From an uncultured Candidatus Saccharibacteria bacterium (GTDB lineage: Bacteria; Patescibacteriota; Minisyncoccia; Phycocordibacterales; Zambryskibacteraceae): a stretch of DNA of 46,380 nucleotides. Shown piece by piece: positions 36,861 to 43,912 of this stretch; the stretch's first letter is position 1, and every line of letters begins with the position of its first letter. The notes under the pieces are model-generated. The model did not search any database and was not told the origin of the DNA. It was given only the letters and a program-made list of their open reading frames with translations. Location of the stretch: the NCBI GenBank assembly GCA_964446535.1, contig CAYUOR010000004.1:1-46380 (forward strand). The letters run 5' to 3'. The position numbers and the translations under genes are program-made.

Positions 36861-37196
36861 TTACCTTGCTGATTGGGGCACCCTCAAGGTATCTGCCTTC
36901 TTTACAATCCCCTTTTTGAGGGCCGTTGCGAGAGTCATCCGCCGCTTCCGGAGAAATGGCCAGGGCTTGACGGTGCCATGGCGCCCTTCTCGGAAGAAGA
37001 CCCTGAATTCGAGGTGTTGGGCCGTCTGGCTCTTCAAGAGCTTTGTTATGAAGCGATATTCACACTCCCAGAAGTCTCGCTTCTTTCCGTCTTGGCAGAG
37101 CACATCCTTGTGCGTGTGTGCTGTCGGCAATGCACGCGCGATGGCCTCATTGGTGTGACCAACGGCTTCCACAAACCACGTTTTCTTTCCGCCCAT
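36861..37196 (-). CDS. hypothetical protein
   Basis: 111 aa; AGGAG SD 6 nt upstream; own promoter and terminator. Confidence 0.75.
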   Translation of the reverse strand: MGGKKTWFVEAVGHTNEAIARALPTAHTHKDVLCQDGKKRDFWECEYRFITKLLKSQTAQHLEFRVFFREGRHGTVKPWPFLRKRRMTLATALKKGIVKKADTLRVPQSAR

Positions 37197-37230
37197 CAGA
37201 CACTCCTAGACTTAAAAGAACAGACTTTAG

Positions 37231-37258
37231 ACTATACCCGAAAACCTGCCTACGTCAA
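37231..37258 (-). promoter_or_regulatory. sigma70 promoter TTGACG-16-TATAGT
   Basis: TTGACG 37258-37253, TATAGT 37236-37231. Confidence 0.7.
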
Positions 37259-37384
37259 AACAAAACTCTAACTAATTGACACTAGTTGCCTATCTATTCT
37301 CTAAATTTTTATCCCCTCTTTTTCACTAAATCTGACTCCGTATCAAGATAAAATTTAGAAAGATTTCTTTTTAGGGAGAAAAAA

Positions 37385-37705
37385 GTGAAGCGACGACGAG
37401 TACAAGTAACTTGTCTCTGCTCGGCGTACGAGTTTCCCCACCGTCTTGGAGGGGGGTACTGTACGGGCGACGAGTGGGCCCGCAGTTACTTTGAGTTAGT
37501 TGGAGACTGCTGCCGGTACTGTATTGCCAATCGCGGTTTTGGCGAATGTGATGTTGCTTGCGGCGCCGAGTCTATCTCGGTCTGCGAAGGGGTTCGAGAC
37601 CACGCTCTCTATCAGTCGGTCATGCGCCTGCCCGTGACGCTGGAAAAAGAAATGCAGCGCAAGCTCTTTATTTATCAAGAAAACCAAGAATTAGACCGGG
37701 CGTGA
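37385..37705 (+). CDS. Cys-rich hypothetical protein
   Basis: AGGGAG SD then GTG; 9 Cys including CLC, CCRYC and CDVAC, plus FPHR. Confidence 0.7.
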   Translation: MKRRRVQVTCLCSAYEFPHRLGGGYCTGDEWARSYFELVGDCCRYCIANRGFGECDVACGAESISVCEGVRDHALYQSVMRLPVTLEKEMQRKLFIYQENQELDRA

Positions 37706-37734
37706 GCACTTAGGTGTCCGCCCGGTTTCTTTTT
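37695..37734 (+). terminator. intrinsic terminator
   Basis: ACCGGGCG...CGCCCGGT stem followed by TTCTTTTT; encloses the stop codon. Confidence 0.75.
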
Positions 37735-37812
37735 ATGGACGCAATAACTTTAATATGACATAGTCAGATAAGCTCGCTTTAAATCACGTTCTTTACAGGA
37801 AGGGGGTGTCTT

Positions 37813-38247
37813 GTGCAAGGGACTATCATTCTCGCGCTTTGCAGTCCATACTCCTCGGGGCGCGTGGGTCCGGAGTCTCTACAGGACTGGTATCGGGGAG
37901 CGGTTCTAGCAAACTCGTTTGCAGTTTGTACCCCGAACTCAGAGCTTTTGATTCTCTCTAACGTAACTCGCGACGGTGTCTCCGAGGCCAGCAAGTATCT
38001 TGCGGCCTATAACCAGATTGATCTCAAAACTCCGCTCCGCGTCATTCGCGAGGGCACCAGGACTGTGGACCAAATTGACTATCTCTTCAAGTATGCCAAA
38101 AAAGAATGGAAGGACGTAATCATCGTCTCAACCTTCCTCCACTACCCTCGGGTTCAGTGGTTCATCTGGCGCAATCCTCTTTCACGCATAGTGCTCTACA
38201 AGCACTATGCAGCCTGGGGTATTCCGCACATAGGCGCCCGCAAATAA
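37813..38247 (+). CDS. YdcF/ElyC (DUF218)-like protein, possibly C-terminally truncated
   Basis: GVSEA...IREGTRTVDQ...IIVSTFLHYPRV resembles the DUF218 pattern; match by eye only. Confidence 0.55.
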   Translation: MQGTIILALCSPYSSGRVGPESLQDWYRGAVLANSFAVCTPNSELLILSNVTRDGVSEASKYLAAYNQIDLKTPLRVIREGTRTVDQIDYLFKYAKKEWKDVIIVSTFLHYPRVQWFIWRNPLSRIVLYKHYAAWGIPHIGARK

Positions 38248-38269
38248 GGTTGTGGGCGCTTTCTTTTTT
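38232..38269 (+). terminator. intrinsic terminator
   Basis: GCGCCCGCAA / TTGTGGGCGC stem with the TAA stop in the loop, then TTTCTTTTTT. Confidence 0.8.
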
Positions 38270-38298
38270 GCTTGTTACCATCTGATATAATCAAGATA

Positions 38299-39519
38299 AT
38301 GGAACTTTTTTCATATCTTTGGCAATACTTAGTCGAGTCCTCTGGTCTCTTTATCGCCTACGGCGCTGCTGCCGTTTTTATTTTTCTTGTACTGCGTCAG
38401 TTCCACTCAAGAAAAATAACAATAGCCTTGGTCGTGATCTTTATCGGTATTTCTATCGCTTTTTACATACCTAATGGCGTGCCCAAAGCATTTGAGTACC
38501 CCTTCAACCTTCGTACTGTCGGCCCTGCCGCCGGACCCGTTCTTCCCCTGTCAAACGTTATTAAATTCTTTAAGCAATTTGACGAGTTTGAAAGGGTTGG
38601 AAATATCGCCCGTGATCCTAATGATACAAGACCAGAAATTAAGCGAGATGAAAATGGCATAGTTGAAATCGAAATAACAGCCAAGGAAGTTATAAGCGAG
38701 ATGGCTGACGGTACAACTTTCAATTACTGGACCTTCGGCGGCACAGTTCCCGGTCCATTTCTCCGTGTTAAAGAGGGTGATACCGTGCGCCTCACGCTAC
38801 ATAATGACCCGACCAGCCTGCATCACCACTCTATAGATTTACACGCGGTAACAGGTCCCGGCGGAGGTGCCGCCGCAACGATTGTTGCTCCGGGCGAGAA
38901 AAAGACCATAACCTTTAAAGCCCTAAGCCCGGGCGTATTTATTTACCACTGCGCTTATCCGAATGTTGCCAACCACATGGCTCACGGCATGTACGGCCTG
39001 ATTCTTGTCGAGCCAAAAAACCCCTTACCGCCAGTTGATAAAGAGTTTTATGTCGTTCAGGGCGAATTTTACAGTTCTGGCGCTCTTGGACGAAAGGGTC
39101 TTCAGCTTTTCGATCCGCAGGCGATGCTTGATGGAAAACCTCAGTACGTTGTTTTAAACGGTAAAGTCGGTGCCCTTGCCGAAAACATGACCGCAGAAGT
39201 CGGCGACACGGTGCGTCTCTATGTCGGCAACGGAGGGGTAAATTTAATTTCTAGCTTCCACGTTATTGGAGAAATTTTTGACAGAGTTTACCGAGAGGGT
39301 GACCTTATCACACCACCAGCCCAAGGTCTTCAGAGCACCCTAATTCCCGCCGGCGCCGCTGCCGTTGTAGATTTTAAAGTAGATTATCCCGGTAAATATA
39401 TTCTGGTTGACCATGCCCTCTCCCGCTTGGATCGCGGAGCTTGGGGCATCTTGCATGTAGAAGGAGAAGCTGATAAAACTATTTTTGATGGCATTTTAGA
39501 AACCGGCAGTGGCCACTAA
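38299..39519 (+). CDS. nirK: copper-containing nitrite reductase with N-terminal TM anchor
   Basis: HSIDLHAVTGPGGG, YHCA...VANHMAHGMYGLILVEP, SSFHVIGEIFD, VDHAL; ATG 38299 is 7 nt after TGnTATAAT. Confidence 0.95.
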   Translation: MELFSYLWQYLVESSGLFIAYGAAAVFIFLVLRQFHSRKITIALVVIFIGISIAFYIPNGVPKAFEYPFNLRTVGPAAGPVLPLSNVIKFFKQFDEFERVGNIARDPNDTRPEIKRDENGIVEIEITAKEVISEMADGTTFNYWTFGGTVPGPFLRVKEGDTVRLTLHNDPTSLHHHSIDLHAVTGPGGGAAATIVAPGEKKTITFKALSPGVFIYHCAYPNVANHMAHGMYGLILVEPKNPLPPVDKEFYVVQGEFYSSGALGRKGLQLFDPQAMLDGKPQYVVLNGKVGALAENMTAEVGDTVRLYVGNGGVNLISSFHVIGEIFDRVYREGDLITPPAQGLQSTLIPAGAAAVVDFKVDYPGKYILVDHALSRLDRGAWGILHVEGEADKTIFDGILETGSGH

Positions 39520-39522
39520 AAA

Positions 39523-39990
39523 ATGAAAAAGAAAAATTTAAAAAAGAAAGTTAAGGTTGTAGCTGTAAGTGGCGGTTTTGACCCCATACACATCGGACAC
39601 GTACGACTGATGCGTGAGGCTAGAGCGCTTGGAGACAAACTTGTCGTCATCCTAAATAATGACCACTGGTTTCGGGTTAAAGGCAAACACGTTTTCATGA
39701 CTGACGAAGAGCGTAAGGAGATAATAGAAGCCCTTGATTGCGTTGACGAGGTTGTTATTACGAAACACGAACCTGGTACGAACGACATCAGCGTTTGTCG
39801 AGAACTTAGAGAAATCATGCCCGACATTTTCGCCAACGGCGGCGATCGGTTTGCCGACAACATTCCAGAGTTTGTCCTTTGCCGCGAACTTGGTATAGAG
39901 ATGATCTTTAATGTTGGCAAAGGGGGTAAAATCAGAAGCTCTTCAGAACTTCTGAAAGAGTATTCAAAAAAGATAAAACACAATCTCTAG
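39523..39990 (+). CDS. cytidylyltransferase-family nucleotidyltransferase (RfaE/TagD-like)
   Basis: SGGFDPIHIGH (HIGH), ERKEII, FANGGDR, SSS. Confidence 0.88.
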   Translation: MKKKNLKKKVKVVAVSGGFDPIHIGHVRLMREARALGDKLVVILNNDHWFRVKGKHVFMTDEERKEIIEALDCVDEVVITKHEPGTNDISVCRELREIMPDIFANGGDRFADNIPEFVLCRELGIEMIFNVGKGGKIRSSSELLKEYSKKIKHNL

Positions 39991-39997
39991 TTGCCCC

Positions 39998-40026
39998 TTG
40001 ACTAATACCTATTTTAGGTATATAAT
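39998..40026 (+). promoter_or_regulatory. sigma70 promoter TTGACT-17-TATAAT with an inverted repeat in the spacer
   Basis: TTGACT 39998-40003, TATAAT 40021-40026; ATACCTA-TTT-TAGGTAT at 40005-40021. Confidence 0.85.
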
Positions 40027-40067
40027 ACTCGTTAGGATAGTCAACTTCGGTTCTTTAGGGGGTTTTT

Positions 40068-40325
40068 ATGGATATCGAGAGTCTGGCCGATCAGTCGGCC
40101 AGGGCCGCGCGTCTGGGCCGCCTGCGGATACCGGCGGCGGTACGCATGGTTCTCAAAGAGCGGGGTCTGGCCAACAAGCCAGATGCCGACGAACTCGTCT
40201 CAAGCGTCTGTCGTGAGCTCCAAAAGCGCGCGACCCAACGCAGGAAGAAGAACAAGGAGCGTTCCGGGTATGCCCAAGACATGTTCGCGGCGCAAATGGC
40301 GCGCGGCGGCGATCCCGAAGATTAA
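40068..40325 (+). CDS. small basic helical hypothetical protein
   Basis: 85 aa; AGGGGG SD; own promoter and terminator; GC-rich codons. Confidence 0.75.
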   Translation: MDIESLADQSARAARLGRLRIPAAVRMVLKERGLANKPDADELVSSVCRELQKRATQRRKKNKERSGYAQDMFAAQMARGGDPED

Positions 40326-40353
40326 TTTTGGCGCTGTTGTGGCGCTGTTTCCG

Positions 40354-40391
40354 GGGTGGTGACCAGTTTTGGTTGCCACCCTTTTTATTTT
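40354..40391 (+). terminator. intrinsic terminator
   Basis: 12-bp stem GGGTGGTGACCA / TGGTTGCCACCC followed by TTTTTATTTT. Confidence 0.9.
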
Positions 40392-40393
40392 GT

Positions 40394-42136
40394 TTACGGC
40401 CTCGCCGGAGGAGGCGCCTCTCTATCTGGCGCGATATCGTAGTAATTAATTAAAAACTTAGCGGTGTTGATAAAACTGTCGGTGAGCGTTTCCGAAGCAA
40501 AGCGAACGTCTTTCGGATGGTAGGTGTAGAGAAAGACCAAAAATTCCGGTTCATAGGCGGGGAAATAGCCGAAGAAAGAGTGCAGGTAGACATCTTCATA
40601 ATAGCCACCCCCGCCCGGCTTAGCTACTTGGGCCGTGCCTGTTTTAGCAGCGATACTATATTGGTCTAGACGCACCTCCCCATTGCGGAGTGTTCTGTCA
40701 ACAACTTCGGTAAGCATCCGCGAAACTTCGGCCGAAGTTTCTGGTTTCAGGACGCGCACCCTCTCTTCTTCTGGCGGAAAAGTCAAAGTTTTAACTGGGC
40801 CGAGTTTGTATCTTATTTCTTTGACAAGGTGCGGCGTGATAAGAGTACCACCGTTTGCCAAGGCCGAGAGTGCCCGAACGGTCATTATTGGCGTAAGGGC
40901 GATACCCTGCCCGAATGAGGCCTGGGCCGCCTCTAGATCTCGTTTAGTTTTTAAGTTTGAGACCAAAGATCTGCCTTCGTTTGGCAAATCAATGCCCGTA
41001 ATACCTTCAAGGCCAAAGCCGAGCATTAGCTCGCTAAATTTTTGACTTCCTACCTTTAGAACTATGTGCGCCGCTCCAGTATTTAGAGATTTACTCAAGA
41101 CCGTTTGCATCGTAACCGCGGAACCATGGCTTTTACCATCGTAATTACAGAAGGTTTTGGTATTTAGGGTCATGCATCCCGGGTCGAAGTAGCTATTTTT
41201 TGCGGTTACGGCCCCGGTATCAAGTCCTATGGCGAGGGTCACCGCCTTAAGAATTGAACCCATTTCATAACGGTCTTCAACTATTTTATTCCTAAATATG
41301 GAAGGATTGGTTTCGCTCTGCGGCGAGTTAGGGCTAAACGACGGGGTTAGAGCCATAGCAACAATTTCTCCTGTCATAGGGTCAATTACTACTCCTCCGG
41401 TAAAATCGGAAGAATATTTCTCCATAACTTTTTTCAATTCACCCTCAAGGTAGGTTTGGACCGAAGGTTCTATGGTCGTGATAATGTCTCCCTCCAGACT
41501 CTCTTCCTCGCTTACTGCCTTTTTGACATTAGAAAATATTTCTGCAAAGAAATTAATAAAAAGATCATCCTTATCTCTTCTTAAAACTTTTTCGTAAAAC
41601 CGCTCTAACCCCGCTCGCCCCGCAAGCTCATCTTCAAGGTAGCCGATAAATCCGATGGTGTGTGCAGCGCTTGTTTCTCCCGGATATATTCGCCACCTTT
41701 CACTTGCGATCCCAACACCATTGATTTTAAGCGTACTTATCTTGTCTGAAACGCCAGCTGGTAAGCGCTTGGCTATTTCTTCGTATGGATCACCAGTCTT
41801 ATTCGCTTTAGCAAAGAAGTCTTCCTTATCAATTTCGGTTATCGTATTAAGAGTGTTATATATTTTTTCTAAATCTTTACCAACTAAAACATTCGGCTTT
41901 ATAAAAAGAGTGTGTCCGGTTTTTATACTGGCGGCGGGCACGGTGGCACCATCTTTCGTAGTGAAAAAGATAGAACCCCGGTCAAAACGATTCGCGTCTA
42001 TGTACTGATTCTCGGCGGCCTCTACATAACTTTCTTTTGAAACGATTTGAATCAGATAGAGTTTGCCTATAAGAAAAACAGCGAAGACAATTATAAGGAC
42101 CGAGAGAAGGCGCAATCTGTTCCTAGACTCGCGCAT
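40394..42136 (-). CDS. ftsI: class B penicillin-binding protein (transpeptidase)
   Basis: N-terminal TM, dimerisation domain, GSILK (SxxK), SLN, KTGTAQ; downstream of mraZ-rsmH-ftsL. Confidence 0.9.
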   Translation of the reverse strand: MRESRNRLRLLSVLIIVFAVFLIGKLYLIQIVSKESYVEAAENQYIDANRFDRGSIFFTTKDGATVPAASIKTGHTLFIKPNVLVGKDLEKIYNTLNTITEIDKEDFFAKANKTGDPYEEIAKRLPAGVSDKISTLKINGVGIASERWRIYPGETSAAHTIGFIGYLEDELAGRAGLERFYEKVLRRDKDDLFINFFAEIFSNVKKAVSEEESLEGDIITTIEPSVQTYLEGELKKVMEKYSSDFTGGVVIDPMTGEIVAMALTPSFSPNSPQSETNPSIFRNKIVEDRYEMGSILKAVTLAIGLDTGAVTAKNSYFDPGCMTLNTKTFCNYDGKSHGSAVTMQTVLSKSLNTGAAHIVLKVGSQKFSELMLGFGLEGITGIDLPNEGRSLVSNLKTKRDLEAAQASFGQGIALTPIMTVRALSALANGGTLITPHLVKEIRYKLGPVKTLTFPPEEERVRVLKPETSAEVSRMLTEVVDRTLRNGEVRLDQYSIAAKTGTAQVAKPGGGGYYEDVYLHSFFGYFPAYEPEFLVFLYTYHPKDVRFASETLTDSFINTAKFLINYYDIAPDREAPPPARP

Positions 42137-42144
42137 AACCTCTA

Positions 42145-42462
42145 CTATCTAGTATTGAAAGAAAGAGGGGTGGTGGCAGAGCGGGAAACGTAGAGCGGGT
42201 TTTTTGTTTCCTTGAATCCGTGCTGAATAGCTACCTCGAGGGTCACACTGTTTTTAAGCTTAACGTAAGCAAATTCCAAAGAGTCAAGATTCGCAGATAT
42301 TTCGGCAATTCTTCTCTCGAGCCCTTGGCGTTCGGCAACATTTCTGGCAGTAATATTTATGGTGTAGATATAGGCAAAGAGAGCCAGTCCCGAAATCATT
42401 AGAAGGGTCCAAAAAATACGGACTCTGTGGTTGTATGAAATTGTTTTTATTTTATAAGTCAT
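42145..42462 (-). CDS. FtsL-like cell division protein
   Basis: One TM plus coiled coil; sits between rsmH and ftsI. Confidence 0.65.
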   Translation of the reverse strand: MTYKIKTISYNHRVRIFWTLLMISGLALFAYIYTINITARNVAERQGLERRIAEISANLDSLEFAYVKLKNSVTLEVAIQHGFKETKNPLYVSRSATTPLSFNTR

Positions 42463-43325
42463 GTTTTCTCTATCACTCTTAACTTGGCGCTTCTTGAACG
42501 CGGGTTCTCGTGTACCTCCGCCGTCCCCGGTCTTATTGGCTTCAGATTCTTGCCTACCTTCTTCGCCAGCCCTCTGGTCACAAGGTCTTTGAAGAAGTTT
42601 TTTACAATTCTATCTTCAAGACTGTGGAAAGAAATAACGGCGAATCTACCAGTACGGTTCAACACCTCAAAGCCTTTTCTTAAACCCAGCTCCAAACTCG
42701 TCAATTCGTCGTTTACCGCGATCCGAATTGCTTGGAAAACTTTAGTGGCAGGATGAATTTTTTCTCTTGGATTTCGGGGCTTCACCCTTAGTACCGCCTC
42801 GACCAAGTCACCGGTAGTCTCAAAAGGCTTTTCTTTTCTTCTTTGAACGATCTCAGCGGCAATTTTTCTCGAAAACTTTTCTTCGCCAAAACCACGAAGT
42901 ACGAGCTCCAGCGCATTTTCGTTCCAAGAGTTGAGAATATCTTTGGCGAGCACCCCTCTTCCTGACATCCGCATGTCAAGAGGTTCGTCTCGCAAGAACG
43001 AGAAGCCTCTACCTAGCGCGTCGAGCTGGTCGCTTGATATGCCAAGATCGAAGAGAATCGCATCGACCTTTAGCAGCCCAAGCTCTCTTATAGCCTTATC
43101 AAGATTTCTGAAGTTTTCTCTTATCGCTTGAACCCCATGAATTGTCTGCGCTTCTGCGACAACTTCTGGATCTTGATCGATGGCCACAACGCGGAGCTCG
43201 GGAAATTGTCTAAGCGCCTCTTTCGTGTGTCCACCGGCACCGAAGGTTGCGTCAAGGAAAACTTTTTCTGGACCGAGGTTTAAGGCCCCGATACTTTCTT
43301 TTAAAAGAACACTTTTGTGATTCAT
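42459..43325 (-). CDS. rsmH: 16S rRNA m4C1402 methyltransferase
   Basis: HKSVLL, DATFGAGGH, FDLGISS, PLDMRM, ISFHSLEDR, NPRSRSAKLR; start set at MNHK 43325. Confidence 0.97.
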   Translation of the reverse strand: MNHKSVLLKESIGALNLGPEKVFLDATFGAGGHTKEALRQFPELRVVAIDQDPEVVAEAQTIHGVQAIRENFRNLDKAIRELGLLKVDAILFDLGISSDQLDALGRGFSFLRDEPLDMRMSGRGVLAKDILNSWNENALELVLRGFGEEKFSRKIAAEIVQRRKEKPFETTGDLVEAVLRVKPRNPREKIHPATKVFQAIRIAVNDELTSLELGLRKGFEVLNRTGRFAVISFHSLEDRIVKNFFKDLVTRGLAKKVGKNLKPIRPGTAEVHENPRSRSAKLRVIEKT

Positions 43326-43326
43326 A

Positions 43327-43758
43327 TCACTTGGAGCTTGAGTTTCCAAGCTTCTCTGTCATTTCTTCGGCCTTAGACTCGATCTTCTTTTTGTAGGCGT
43401 CCCAATGCTTCTTGTTCCAAATTTCTATTCGATCGTGCACCCCAGCAAAGATTACTGGACTCGAGATTGATGCGAATTCTCTGAGGTAATCTGGTATAAG
43501 AATTCTTCCCATCGAATCCACCTCAATTTCGGAAGCACCACTAAACATGAAGCGGGTAAAACCTCTGGCGTCGGAACGCCAACCGAGTTTTGCCATAGCT
43601 TTGGCATTTAATGACCAAGTTTTATTGGGAAAAAGGAAAAGACAATTATCCAGCCCTCGAGTGACAACAACTTTCTTACCGAGCTCCTTACGAAATTTTG
43701 CTGGTAAGGAAATTCGGTTTTTATTGTCTATAGTGTGTTTATACTCGCCGATTAGCAT
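43327..43758 (-). CDS. mraZ: transcriptional regulator MraZ
   Basis: MLIGEYKHTIDNKNRISLP, VDSMGRILIP, DRIEIW; ATG 43758 is 6 nt after TATACT. Confidence 0.97.
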   Translation of the reverse strand: MLIGEYKHTIDNKNRISLPAKFRKELGKKVVVTRGLDNCLFLFPNKTWSLNAKAMAKLGWRSDARGFTRFMFSGASEIEVDSMGRILIPDYLREFASISSPVIFAGVHDRIEIWNKKHWDAYKKKIESKAEEMTEKLGNSSSK

Positions 43759-43764
43759 GGATTT

Positions 43765-43850
43765 AGTATACCCCACTTTTTCCCACCTGACTGAAAGTAT
43801 ATCCCACCGTTTTCCACATAACCACTCAAGTTATCCACTATTTATCCACA
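43765..43850 (-). promoter_or_regulatory. mraZ promoter with GTGG repeat boxes and overlapping DnaA-box-like 9-mers
   Basis: Plus-strand CCAC ends at 43776, 43786, 43807, 43817, 43825, 43838 and 43849; TTATCCACA at 43842-43850. Confidence 0.7.
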
Positions 43851-43912
43851 AGACTAAAAAGCACTGGTCAAGGTCCTGATCAGTGCCTAAAAACGTTGCT
43901 ATCTATAGCTTT

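Noticed and set aside
40330-40349. Tandem GGCGCTGTT repeat after the 85-aa gene, and a 9-bp inverted repeat at 37301-37358
   Set aside because: Too short and isolated to distinguish from chance.
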